Shown: piece by piece, positions 16,697 through 26,031 of the stretch
Layout of the letters: every line of letters starts with the position of its first letter
Position numbering within the stretch: the first letter of the stretch is position 1
IMG/VR virus record: IMGVR_UViG_3300025280_000024
Location: 1 to 64,000 of that record
From: a virus
Reading direction: 5' to 3' (one strand)
Length of the DNA: 64,000 nt
Position numbers and translations under genes: made by a program
Notes under the pieces: model-generated
Told to the model about the DNA's origin: nothing
The model's input: the letters and a program-made list of their open reading frames with translations, nothing else
Database searches by the model: none

Positions 16697-16715
16697 CAAG
16701 AGAAGAAAAATGAAG

Positions 16716-17141
16716 TTATTTGATGGAAATGATTTTTACGGGGATTTTGACAGGAATAGTCTTATTAACACTAACAGTCAACACACCCGAATCATAACCT
16801 GCATTAATATCCTTTTCGGTTGTCCCTTTGGGAAGAGTCCAAGATTTAATGAAAGATGAATAACTCACTGTGGTGTTTCCATCTTCAGAAGGCGATTCAT
16901 AAGAAATCGTTAGAGTCTGATCGTCTAGAGAAACGCTCAAGTCTTCTTTATTAAGACCTGGGACAATCACATTGATTTCGCAGCGATCATCAAAATTGTT
17001 GACTTTTGTGGTGGGATACTGACTAAATGTTGTGCGGGGAAAAATTGCGAAATCATCAAAAAATGAGTCGAAAAAACTTCGTCGGTTATCTCTAGCTAGA
17101 ATTCCGCGACGTGGTTGTTGAAATAAAGCAAGCGTGTTCAT
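16716..17141 (-). CDS. small heat-shock protein (Hsp20/alpha-crystallin)
   Basis: VPGLNKEDL.V, SFIKSWTLP and AGYDSGVLTVSV motifs; TTGACA...TACATT promoter at 17181-17208. Confidence 0.92.
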   Translation of the reverse strand: MNTLALFQQPRRGILARDNRRSFFDSFFDDFAIFPRTTFSQYPTTKVNNFDDRCEINVIVPGLNKEDLSVSLDDQTLTISYESPSEDGNTTVSYSSFIKSWTLPKGTTEKDINAGYDSGVLTVSVNKTIPVKIPVKIISIK

Positions 17142-17213
17142 ATATATTCCTCCTATGAATGTAGTTTAGCCGGCGTATATAATGTAATCACGAATTATCT
17201 ATTGTCAAGTATT

Positions 17214-17495
17214 TTAAGGAGAAATAATAAGATTCCAGAAACTAGCTGCTGTGAGACCAATCATTGCTGTGACGATAATCCAAATAAGTTTTGTTGAATT
17301 CTTCTTCCAAGCTTCCAATTCTCTGAGGCGGGCATACAACCCTTCATCGGGATTATAAACAGCTTCTTTGATCTTAACAACATCGTGGGCCATCGTGTCC
17401 TGTTTTTCTTTTACGGAATCGATCCCATGCATCAACTTCTCCATTTTTGCATTTAAATCGATAAGGACAGAAGCATCGTTACATTCATCAGGCAT
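17214..17495 (-). CDS. coiled-coil protein with a C-terminal TM helix (XhlA-like, possible holin)
   Basis: Helical N-terminus; LIWIIVTAMIGLTAASFW. Confidence 0.5.
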   Translation of the reverse strand: MPDECNDASVLIDLNAKMEKLMHGIDSVKEKQDTMAHDVVKIKEAVYNPDEGLYARLRELEAWKKNSTKLIWIIVTAMIGLTAASFWNLIISP

Positions 17496-17533
17496 CGAAA
17501 AGTCTCCTCACTTTAATTAGTGAACAATTCTTC

Positions 17534-19102
17534 TTATGTCTCAACGATGGCAAAATTTGATGTAATAATTGCGCCGGCAACAGACGCAGCGTTCTGGAGA
17601 GCACAACGAGTGACCTTTGTTGGATCTATAATACCGTTATCAATCATGTGAGTTGGAGTTCCACTGGTAAAATCCCAACCATATTCATAATTTTCATCAT
17701 AAACAGTTGCAAGAACAAGATCAGCCGATTCTCCAGCATTAATAGCCATTTGTCTTATCGGCTCTTCAACAGATTTTTGAATGATTTTAACTCCCAACTT
17801 TTGATCTTCAGTGTCAACTTCAATTTTAAGATCGTGAGCAGCACGAATTAGAGCAACACCACCACCAGGAACAACACCTTCTTGTTGAGCAGACTTAACT
17901 GCTTCTAAAGCATCATCAATTCTATGTCTCTTTTCAATCATCTCAATCTCGGTTGCAGCGCCAACTCTAATCACTGCAATTCCACTGGCAAGTTTTGTGA
18001 TTCGCTCTTGAATCTTTTCACACTCGTGAATTTCTTCTGTTTGACCGATCTCAACTTTGTATGCTTCAATTCTTTTTTCGATCTCTTCCCAATCACCTTT
18101 GCCGCCGGCAATTGTTGTTCTGTTCTTGAAACTTTCAATTTTGCCGGCGAGACCCAAATGTTCAAGTTTAACTTCGCGAAGTTTTAATCCGGACAATCTT
18201 GAAACAAAGGTTGCTCCAGTTGATAAAGCAAGGTCTTGCAAGATCGCTCGTCGTTCTTCACCATACCTTGGAGCTTTGATTGCTGCGACCTTCATTGTAC
18301 CCCTAACGGCGTTCATGATGAGCGCCGCCAAAGCTTGTCCTTCTATATCCTCTGCGACAATGATGAACGGTTTTGCTTCTCTCGCAGCAACCTCAAGAAT
18401 TGGATAAATATCCTCAACGGTTTCGATCTTATAATCTGTGACAAGAATCAGAGGATCGTCGTATACAACTGCTTGTTTTCTTTCATCAGTAACAAAATGA
18501 CCGGCAACATAACCAGAATCGAAGATGAAACCTTCAATCAACTCCAGACTGGTTTCTAATGATCTTGCCTCTTCGACTGAAATTGCTCCATCTTTGCCGG
18601 CGCTATCGACAGCAGTGGCAATAAGGTTTCCAATGGATTCGTCTCCGTTTGCTGAAATGGTTGCGATATGTGCTACGTCTTGTTCACTGGAAATTGGAAC
18701 AGATAGATCCTCTAACTTCTCGACAATAGCCTTGACTGCCTTGTCGATCCCTCTCTTGAGTTCGATAGGAGATGCGCCGGCCATCAAGTATCGTTGTGCT
18801 TGTTTGAGGATAGCTCTGGCAAGTACAGTTGAAGTTGTCGTGCCATCGCCGGCCTCTATGTTGGTTTGTTCGGCAGCTTGTTTGAGAATTTGTGCTCCAA
18901 CATTTTGGATTGGATCATCAAGTTCAACAAACTTCGCTACAGTTACACCGTCTTTTGTTGTGATTGGGTTTTTTCCTTTTTGATAAAGGATAACGTTGCG
19001 ACCTCTGGGGCCGAGAGTTGATGCGACATTGTCTGTTAGAATATCAACTCCTTCTAGGATCTTTTTGTGTAGTTCTGTTTCACTACAATATTGTCTGGAC
19101 AT
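17534..19102 (-). CDS. groEL: chaperonin GroEL
   Basis: TLGPRGRNV, TKDGVTVA, GDGTTT, GVVPGGG and IIDPTKVTR motifs. No C-terminal GGM tail. Confidence 0.97.
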   Translation of the reverse strand: MSRQYCSETELHKKILEGVDILTDNVASTLGPRGRNVILYQKGKNPITTKDGVTVAKFVELDDPIQNVGAQILKQAAEQTNIEAGDGTTTSTVLARAILKQAQRYLMAGASPIELKRGIDKAVKAIVEKLEDLSVPISSEQDVAHIATISANGDESIGNLIATAVDSAGKDGAISVEEARSLETSLELIEGFIFDSGYVAGHFVTDERKQAVVYDDPLILVTDYKIETVEDIYPILEVAAREAKPFIIVAEDIEGQALAALIMNAVRGTMKVAAIKAPRYGEERRAILQDLALSTGATFVSRLSGLKLREVKLEHLGLAGKIESFKNRTTIAGGKGDWEEIEKRIEAYKVEIGQTEEIHECEKIQERITKLASGIAVIRVGAATEIEMIEKRHRIDDALEAVKSAQQEGVVPGGGVALIRAAHDLKIEVDTEDQKLGVKIIQKSVEEPIRQMAINAGESADLVLATVYDENYEYGWDFTSGTPTHMIDNGIIDPTKVTRCALQNAASVAGAIITSNFAIVET

Positions 19103-20736
19103 TAGCCCTCCTGTTTCCGAACTTCTCTGGTCTTGGCTTCAATATTTTGTGAAGACTCGATAGCTTTATCAGCTAGGGTTGAATCTTCCATGGCATTGGC
19201 AAAGTACGTCTGCAAGCTATCAGACACAACTTTAATATTTTGAAATATCTCAAACACCGATTCGTTAACCGAAGTTATCATCTTGTCTAACATCTTTTGT
19301 ATTGATTCTTGGCCAATTTCTAACTGGCCAATGTGTACACTATTTTGATCTTTTGGAAAAACCTTTAGGCCCCGAGCTTTTTTCTGAATGTTATATATGT
19401 CCGATTTTCTTAATTCGTATTGGATCCCGCCACGTTGATAGCCGAAGGTAAACATGAGAGCCCTTCGCTTTTCCCTCATGGGTAAGCTATTATAGAACGT
19501 TACCGACTCCGAAGCGCTGGCATATGCGGCGCCTTTTCCGCGAATAGATAAAATAGCTCGTCGGGCTGAAATCGCTTCTTCTCTAGCAAGATCGTTGGCG
19601 GCATTAATAATGTTCCATATCTCCCGAGTATCCATACTTTTTTCTTGTTCGTTCAAAAACTCCCACACTTTATCCAAAAGAGGAACCACTGTCGTTCTTG
19701 CAGCCAAGCCTTTCAATTTTCCCAACCCGGCCTTGGGGGGGTCCTTAAATAACTTGTCCTGTGAACCATAGTCGATTATTTTCACAACCTCTTCTGCAAG
19801 GTCGTCGTTCCCGAAGCCGTTACGAATTTCGTCGTCGAACATTTGTTTAACGTCGGAAAAAGCCGGAATTTCCGGAACCTTAAATGACAAACCACCATAC
19901 CCGTACACACGATCAATCACCCTGCGAGGCAACCTAATCAACCAGTCATTTTGGTCGGATGCACTCCAATATAATATATTAAAAATGTTATCAATGGTCA
20001 AATTGTATCGATAAAAGTCAATTGTCCCCGCTCTTTGTGTGGCCTTGCCTGAAAGGTTTTTTGCAACAACAATATATTGCATATAGTGGGGAGAACGAAT
20101 CAAATCGCCTATCAAATCAGCATAACTACCCCCAGCCTTAAGGCCCTTCTCTGCATACAATTTGAGACTAATCGGACGTCTGTTTTCATCAGTAATATCT
20201 GCAATCGTTTTGGCGCCGGCCGCTGGTATCTGTTCTCCACCAAGAAGAACAGCCAAAAATGCTTCGAAATTAAAGCCGGCCGATGCTGCATTAAAGTTTG
20301 TAATAACCGAAGTCAAAGTTTTGAAAAAGATTAAGTACGAAAGAGTGGCTGCTATTTTAGACGCATATGTATCCCCAAACAGCGAAATTAGCCCCATTGC
20401 GTGTTCTGGGTCGTTGAGCACTTTCGATAAGTTTTTAATTTTAATTCGAAGATCCTGTTCTGGAGCAATGCGACTTATAAATTGTTCCAATTGTTCTCTC
20501 GTACCTTGCGCTGCTTTATCGTTACTCTCCAAAGAAGCCCACGCTAATTCAGAAACAGGCATGAACGGGATTGCTGTCCAATCAAACTTGACTGTCTGCT
20601 TTTTTCCCGTACCTACTTCTTGTAAGATATTTGCATGCTTGAATTCATCAATCTGCTTCTCAACCATCTCCATTAACACCTGCAGTGGTCCTGCCTGTGG
20701 AAAATGTTTTTCTACTAGTTTATCAAACGCATCCAT
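19102..20736 (-). CDS. hypothetical protein with a possible PD-(D/E)XK-like segment
   Basis: AGFNFEAFL...IADI...ISLK. Confidence 0.6.
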   Translation of the reverse strand: MDAFDKLVEKHFPQAGPLQVLMEMVEKQIDEFKHANILQEVGTGKKQTVKFDWTAIPFMPVSELAWASLESNDKAAQGTREQLEQFISRIAPEQDLRIKIKNLSKVLNDPEHAMGLISLFGDTYASKIAATLSYLIFFKTLTSVITNFNAASAGFNFEAFLAVLLGGEQIPAAGAKTIADITDENRRPISLKLYAEKGLKAGGSYADLIGDLIRSPHYMQYIVVAKNLSGKATQRAGTIDFYRYNLTIDNIFNILYWSASDQNDWLIRLPRRVIDRVYGYGGLSFKVPEIPAFSDVKQMFDDEIRNGFGNDDLAEEVVKIIDYGSQDKLFKDPPKAGLGKLKGLAARTTVVPLLDKVWEFLNEQEKSMDTREIWNIINAANDLAREEAISARRAILSIRGKGAAYASASESVTFYNSLPMREKRRALMFTFGYQRGGIQYELRKSDIYNIQKKARGLKVFPKDQNSVHIGQLEIGQESIQKMLDKMITSVNESVFEIFQNIKVVSDSLQTYFANAMEDSTLADKAIESSQNIEAKTREVRKQEG

Positions 20737-21616
20737 CGTCGTGATTCCTTATGTCTTCTAGGATTTTATCTAGTTCAAGACCAGCAGTGTCTTTCTTACG
20801 CCTCGTCAGATGATAGTGACAAACCACACCTTCAAAGTCGCCGGCAGTTGCTGTGTCATCGACTGTACTAAGTAGTTCGCCATCTTCATCAAGAGGACAT
20901 TCAAGTTTAATTCCATAGTGATTACTTAAGCCTTTGACCAGTGCCTTGTATGCTTCAAGTTGAATTGGATAATAACCCAAGAAAGGATCTAGAGTCCTGC
21001 CGTGCATCTTTACATCTTCAAGTATAGGTCTTTCTCCGAAACCTCTTCGCACATACCAGTTCTGATACTTGGTATAATAAGCATTGGAAAAGTCGACACC
21101 AATACTGTTTGTGTTAACACTTCGAATCCCTGCGTGCCATCCAACGTGTTGTGTGTCAACCATCTGATAAATGGTTCCATCATTGTCGATAATAAAATGA
21201 GAGGAGATTCCTCGTTTCTTTAAAATTCTATAACAAGAATCCGCAGACAAAGCAGCGTCCCAATGAGTCACAATCATCGTCGGCCAACGAACCTTGCGAT
21301 AGTCTGCATAACAATCATCAGAGAGAGGTTTACCATCTTTGTGATGAAGATTAATTGTCTTGTCCCAATCAATCCAAACCTTTTCGCCATTACAAATAAT
21401 ATGGTTTGTATCTTCGTTTGCCTCTCTCTCTGTTAACTTTCGAGCAAAGGTCATTGGACCACAGAGGCCATCGGGAGTTAAATCGTGTTCTTCTTGAAAC
21501 TCTATAATCTTTTCAATTAGCTCTTCATCGAATTCGTCAGCATCAAACCACGTCGGCTCCCATCCATGCTGATGTGCTGATCTTACATTGTATTCTATTT
21601 TATCGTCCAAGTGCAT
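20723..21616 (-). CDS. endolysin: peptidoglycan-binding domain plus N-acetylmuramoyl-L-alanine amidase (Amidase_2)
   Basis: FQ.EH.LTPDGLCGPMT binding motif; IVTHW, SSHFIIDNDG, WHAG and CHYH...D motifs. Confidence 0.9.
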   Translation of the reverse strand: MHLDDKIEYNVRSAHQHGWEPTWFDADEFDEELIEKIIEFQEEHDLTPDGLCGPMTFARKLTEREANEDTNHIICNGEKVWIDWDKTINLHHKDGKPLSDDCYADYRKVRWPTMIVTHWDAALSADSCYRILKKRGISSHFIIDNDGTIYQMVDTQHVGWHAGIRSVNTNSIGVDFSNAYYTKYQNWYVRRGFGERPILEDVKMHGRTLDPFLGYYPIQLEAYKALVKGLSNHYGIKLECPLDEDGELLSTVDDTATAGDFEGVVCHYHLTRRKKDTAGLELDKILEDIRNHDDGCV

Positions 21617-21666
21617 ATAGTAATTAGTCTCCTGCTATAAGATTATAATGGTTCTTATCGATTTTG

Positions 21667-22305
21667 TTAATTACTTTCTAGTATATTTAGAACTTCATGA
21701 ATCTCTGGAACAGTTCTTCTTCTGGCGTGATAAAGGTAAAACTTTTTGATTAAGTATTGTTTGAATGGAAACATCCAATAATATCCTGGGCCGGCAAAGT
21801 TTCTATTAACTGTTGCACAGATATGACTATCGATGTCTATATTGTCTTTAAAAAAATGAGCCCAAACTGCAAAGGTCATTCGATATCCACGAAACTCTAA
21901 CCAAGCTCTCGTTGGGCTGGGTATTGGAAGCAAGAATAAAACACACAGAAACCACCATGGATTAATAAATCCAAACAGAGAAAACAAAGAAAGGTTTTGA
22001 GGAAACAAATAGAGAAAGTTAAAGAACAACCACATTCTCTTTCGATCTTTTAAATGAACATATTCGTGCGCAAGAGTGGCCATGGCGTTGATGTGATCGT
22101 TTTCTCGCCATGGCCACTCAGGCACATAGACTTTGGGATATAAAGTGGTCACATAACCGGTTAGAAACGTTTTGTTAAAAAAGAGAAACTTAGAGATAAC
22201 TTTTATGAGGAAACTTTCTTTTTTACTTAAAATTTCAAAACCAGGTATCTGCTTTTTGAAATGTTTTGTTAGTCTTTCTCTTTTCGCGACTAACGAACTA
22301 GCCAT
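21667..22305 (-). CDS. putative zincin metallopeptidase with a membrane segment
   Basis: LAHEYVH, downstream LEFRGY and a hydrophobic hairpin. Confidence 0.7.
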   Translation of the reverse strand: MASSLVAKRERLTKHFKKQIPGFEILSKKESFLIKVISKFLFFNKTFLTGYVTTLYPKVYVPEWPWRENDHINAMATLAHEYVHLKDRKRMWLFFNFLYLFPQNLSLFSLFGFINPWWFLCVLFLLPIPSPTRAWLEFRGYRMTFAVWAHFFKDNIDIDSHICATVNRNFAGPGYYWMFPFKQYLIKKFYLYHARRRTVPEIHEVLNILESN

Positions 22306-22891
22306 TCTTCAGCCGGCGAACAATTCTTTCAGCCAATCTAGAGGCCATTTTATCCGATCGACTTTCTTTTACTAGCCGTGAGGCAACGCGGCGCGCCAGG
22401 CGCTCTTCGAGGTCTTTGGAGCCTTTTTCATCTTCATCTTCCTGAAGTTCGATGTCTTCTTTCTCAAGATCTTCATACATCTCATTTCCCGGGGGCAACT
22501 CTTCCTCTTCACCTCCCTCTTCCGGAAACTCATCAATTGGCTCGTCAAGAGGCATATCTTCCTCTCCTTCGGCCTCGCCGCCAACATCGATGTCAACACC
22601 AGTCATTCTACTGACGACGCCCATCAGGGTCTCAACTGCGTCAGTTAATTCAACAACATCACTTTCGGCGCCGCCTTCTGGCTCTTCATCTGGTTCTGGA
22701 GGAAGCTCGGGCTCTTCTTCCATTTCCGCGCCCAGTTCAGCTGGCTCAAAGGGCTCTTCGTCTTGTTCATTAATTGCAAACTTGCCCGGATGATCACTAA
22801 TAAAAGTTTCACTAAGTGAATCAATCTCTGCTAGTTTCATGAAACGACGAATCGTATTTTCATTCAATAATTTCTTTCTGTTCTTGCTCAT
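22298..22891 (-). CDS. acidic low-complexity protein (possible prohead core/internal protein)
   Basis: LLNENTIRRFMKLA resembles the scaffold C-terminus RMRKLAG; late motif upstream. Confidence 0.65.
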   Translation of the reverse strand: MSKNRKKLLNENTIRRFMKLAEIDSLSETFISDHPGKFAINEQDEEPFEPAELGAEMEEEPELPPEPDEEPEGGAESDVVELTDAVETLMGVVSRMTGVDIDVGGEAEGEEDMPLDEPIDEFPEEGGEEEELPPGNEMYEDLEKEDIELQEDEDEKGSKDLEERLARRVASRLVKESRSDKMASRLAERIVRRLKNG

Positions 22892-22965
22892 TATCTCTAA
22901 GCCTCCTCGTATAAAAGAACTTTCTCTTATAAATAGTGTTAAATTCTATAAAACGCTTTTTTAAA

Positions 22966-23202
22966 TCACTTGATGCTTTTCATCCTTTTAAGCATTTTTT
23001 TGAATGCAACATCCTGTATCTGTTTCACTCTTACAAAACTTATTCCTAATCTATCAGAGACCTCTCTCAAGGTCATAGTTTTTTGTTTCTGCACGGCAAT
23101 TAACGTACAGTTCGAATCTTCTTTGTAGTCAATCCACAAACGACATTCTTTACATGGACAACTTACATCATATTCCATTAAACTTTTAGCACATTCTCTC
23201 AT
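22966..23202 (-). CDS. stand-alone sigma70 region-4-like HTH protein with a Cys-rich N-terminus
   Basis: MTLREVSDRLGISFVRVKQIQDVAFKKM; C..C.C..C...C. Confidence 0.8.
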   Translation of the reverse strand: MRECAKSLMEYDVSCPCKECRLWIDYKEDSNCTLIAVQKQKTMTLREVSDRLGISFVRVKQIQDVAFKKMLKRMKSIK

Positions 23203-23540
23203 AAATCTGGATGTTCCTCCTCCAACATATCAAAAATACTCTCGACTTCCTTGTTTCCCAAGGCAAATTTTGTTTTTGCCTCCTTTTCTTTCTTTCTTAT
23301 CTTTGCTTGTGTTCTCAACTTTGTTTTATGTAGCACTTCGTTGTCTTTTTTATATGCTTCTAAAAACTTCATAAAGTTCTCTTCTTTCTCTAAATAGGCT
23401 GTCAAAACCGCTCTGTAGAATTCGCTTTGTTTTAAATTGTCATATTGCAACCTAATTTTTAAATCTGCATGTCTTTTGTCTGTATCATAAAAAACAATCT
23501 TCTTGTAATCTTCACCATATTTTGGAAGTTTCTTTGGCAT
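23199..23540 (-). CDS. hypothetical protein, possible ribbon-helix-helix DNA binder
   Basis: KKIVFY...HADLK...SEFYRAVLTAYL. Confidence 0.55.
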   Translation of the reverse strand: MPKKLPKYGEDYKKIVFYDTDKRHADLKIRLQYDNLKQSEFYRAVLTAYLEKEENFMKFLEAYKKDNEVLHKTKLRTQAKIRKKEKEAKTKFALGNKEVESIFDMLEEEHPDL

Positions 23541-23543
23541 AAT

Positions 23544-23663
23544 TCACCTCCTCAAGATATTATTTAAATACAATATCGCCTTCAGGGTCATCAACATTCC
23601 AATATACGATGTAATGGAAAAAACCATTAGTTGTTCAATAATTTTCGAAATGAAATCTTTCAT
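23544..23663 (-). CDS. 39-aa hypothetical protein (not in ORF track)
   Basis: SD AAGGAGGT; MKDFISKI...NNILRR*. Confidence 0.5.
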   Translation of the reverse strand: MKDFISKIIEQLMVFSITSYIGMLMTLKAILYLNNILRR

Positions 23664-23667
23664 TATT

Positions 23668-24666
23668 TTACCTCCTTAAAATATGAGTTGAGCTTTCAAC
23701 CTGCCCCGCTGGTGTCTGCTTTATAAACTGTGCTTTAAATTGTAATGCATAAATGGTCCTGGCACCGGAATAAGAAAGACCACTGCGAATACCATTTTCT
23801 AATTCTTCTAAAACGCCGGCGACTGAACCTTTACATGCAACCGTTGTTGAGATACCTTCATTTGAAGAATAAGTTCCTCTCCAATCTTTCTGTGCTGCTT
23901 TGGATGCCATCCCGCGATATACTTTATACTTCTTTCCTCTTTTGTTCACGAACGATTCTCCCGGTGTTTCAGCTGTGCCGGCGAGGAGAGAACCAAGCAT
24001 TACGAAATCTGCGCCAGCAGCCAGGGCTTTCACGATATCACCCGCTGTTCTTATGCCTCCATCAGCAATAATGGTTGTGTTGAGATCTGCTCGGGCACAA
24101 TCCAAAATAGATTGAAACACAGGCATGCCGTGACCGGTGTGAATTCGAGTAGAACATATAGAACCACCTCCAAGGCCGACACGAACACTGTCTGCTCCCC
24201 AATCGGATAAACGCTCATATGCATTACGACACGCAACGTTGCCGGCCATAAGGTGGATCTCTGCCCCATATTCTTTTTTGAGATTTTCAATCGCATCTCG
24301 CATTAGAAAATGATCTCCGTGAGCAATATCCAAACAAAAGATACGAATGCCGGCACCATATAACGCTGACGCACGTTCAAGGTAGTCACCTGTTACACCA
24401 ATTGCTGCAGCACGAACATTTTCATAGCTAACAAACCCAATTTGTTCTGCGATGGAACAATAGCGATGAATGATTCCCAAACCGCCGGCATCATTCATAG
24501 CCAAAGCCATTTCAGTTTCAGTAATTGTATCCATTGGGCTAGAGATAACAGGCAGTGGAAACGAAGTATTTCCCAGCCTGTTTTCTAGATTTACTTCTGA
24601 TCTGCTTTTAATGTCCGAATACTGTGGAACTAGCAGTACGTCATCGTAAGATAAACATTTTCTCAT
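23668..24666 (-). CDS. GMP reductase / IMPDH-family protein without CBS domains
   Basis: YDDVLLVP, SSPMDT, GGGSICSTR, IIADGGI and YRGMAS motifs. The flap lacks the IMPDH Arg-Tyr dyad, which favours GMP reductase. Confidence 0.88.
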   Translation of the reverse strand: MRKCLSYDDVLLVPQYSDIKSRSEVNLENRLGNTSFPLPVISSPMDTITETEMALAMNDAGGLGIIHRYCSIAEQIGFVSYENVRAAAIGVTGDYLERASALYGAGIRIFCLDIAHGDHFLMRDAIENLKKEYGAEIHLMAGNVACRNAYERLSDWGADSVRVGLGGGSICSTRIHTGHGMPVFQSILDCARADLNTTIIADGGIRTAGDIVKALAAGADFVMLGSLLAGTAETPGESFVNKRGKKYKVYRGMASKAAQKDWRGTYSSNEGISTTVACKGSVAGVLEELENGIRSGLSYSGARTIYALQFKAQFIKQTPAGQVESSTHILRR

Positions 24667-24950
24667 TCTTCCTGCGCCTCATATGCTTTGACCATCCCAT
24701 AAATTGATTGAAACTTTTGTTCTTCATAGGTTTCAATCAACCTGTCTATGTACCATCGAGCTTTTTTTAGATCGTCCATTGGTTCATCTTTAAATTTATG
24801 ACGGGCAACATATTTTATAATATTGCCAGTAGCAAAATCAAAATCCCAAGACTCAATGAAATCAATTACTTCTATTCCCTTGTTATAGTGGTCCGGATGA
24901 TTAACTGTTTCTTTAGTCTTTTTCTTCGACATTTTCTTCTGGTTCCTCAA
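24663..24950 (-). CDS. DUF3310 / T7 gp1.7-like nucleotide kinase family
   Basis: VNHPDHY..GIEVID, GNIIKYVAR and DLKKARWY motifs. Confidence 0.85.
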   Translation of the reverse strand: MRNQKKMSKKKTKETVNHPDHYNKGIEVIDFIESWDFDFATGNIIKYVARHKFKDEPMDDLKKARWYIDRLIETYEEQKFQSIYGMVKAYEAQEE

Positions 24951-25212
24951 AGTGCTTAGTCAAGTCATCACTTCCTCCAACAAGCATTGGATGTGGAACT
25001 GGTGTATCCTGCCATGGAACCTCTTTGTGAACAATATATTGAACAATTGGCACAGTGGTCATTTCGTTCTGTTTCTTGACTTCATCCAGAAGTTCTGGAT
25101 TGTGAGTAAGATTCCCAATCATAAATAGCTGTTCGTGTTCTCTCAATGTCCCAATTGCCTTGTCACAATGTGAACACCCGTCTGTTGTGTATACGATATA
25201 ATAGTCTTTCAT
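24913..25212 (-). CDS. glutaredoxin
   Basis: CSHC, TTVP and VGGSDD motifs. Confidence 0.85.
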   Translation of the reverse strand: MKDYYIVYTTDGCSHCDKAIGTLREHEQLFMIGNLTHNPELLDEVKKQNEMTTVPIVQYIVHKEVPWQDTPVPHPMLVGGSDDLTKHFEEPEENVEEKD

Positions 25213-25685
25213 CTTGCCTCCATTGTTTTGATGATAGTTTGTGGTTCTGATTCAAATATAATAACTGCCGATGGGAATGGTGCGCAATTTTCGCTATTTC
25301 CAAACTTCAGTCTTCCTTTTACGAAGTGTATTTCTTTTGCTCTCATACAATATTCGTGCCAATACTTAGTATCTGTTCTGGCCGGAATAAGGCAGACAAC
25401 TTTTGTATTCGGCTTTAATGATTCTCTATATGCTTTCTCGATCCAAGCAGAGATTTCACGGCCATAAGGAGGGTTCATAAATACTGTCTGCTTCTCCCAA
25501 GACTGAGACAGTCCATTGTCCAATGGTGTGAAATAACATTCAGAAACTTTGGTTGTCTCTTCTGTTGCGCAAGGGTCAAGCGTAAATGGCCCGAACTCTT
25601 CATTTAGTTTTTCATAAAAATCTTGTGGTGTTTCCCAGTCCTTAGATTTAGAACTGAACATCACTTCTTGTGTTTGTTTATCCAT
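25209..25685 (-). CDS. phage Dam-family DNA amino-methyltransferase
   Basis: WETPQ, LDPCA, MNPPY, PARTDT and GRLKF motifs. Confidence 0.9.
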   Translation of the reverse strand: MDKQTQEVMFSSKSKDWETPQDFYEKLNEEFGPFTLDPCATEETTKVSECYFTPLDNGLSQSWEKQTVFMNPPYGREISAWIEKAYRESLKPNTKVVCLIPARTDTKYWHEYCMRAKEIHFVKGRLKFGNSENCAPFPSAVIIFESEPQTIIKTMEAR

Positions 25686-26031
25686 TTGTCCTCCAAAACG
25701 CTTGAATACTTACGATAGTTAATGATAACATAATACAGATCATTGTTTTAGGTGAAAACATGCTTTCTTTAAGTAGAATCCAAGTTAACGCTGGGAATAT
25801 CATATATGATGCTCCGAATGCCGATAAACGTATCGACCAAAGTTCTTTGATTTCCCCATATCCTATTTTTGTTGCCCACCAGAAACAGATTAAAGCCGGC
25901 ACCCCAAAGCACCCAACAGCCAATACCATTTTATTTTCCCAGAATCTCCAGACTAGCTGCGAATTGTTCGCAAACCAAGTGAATGTGTGACCCAAAGCGA
26001 ACAGACAAAACATTAATCCAAAATTACTCAT
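25678..26031 (-). CDS. small 4-TM membrane protein (SMR/DMT-like)
   Basis: Four hydrophobic segments; LLKESM motif before the last helix. Confidence 0.6.
   Translation of the reverse strand: MSNFGLMFCLFALGHTFTWFANNSQLVWRFWENKMVLAVGCFGVPALICFWWATKIGYGEIKELWSIRLSAFGASYMIFPALTWILLKESMFSPKTMICIMLSLTIVSIQAFWRTNG

Noticed and set aside
25209-25685. Dam-family methyltransferase as the direct cause of GCCGGC enrichment
   Set aside because: This family is generally N6-adenine specific and GCCGGC has no adenine. N4-cytosine activity cannot be excluded but has no support here.
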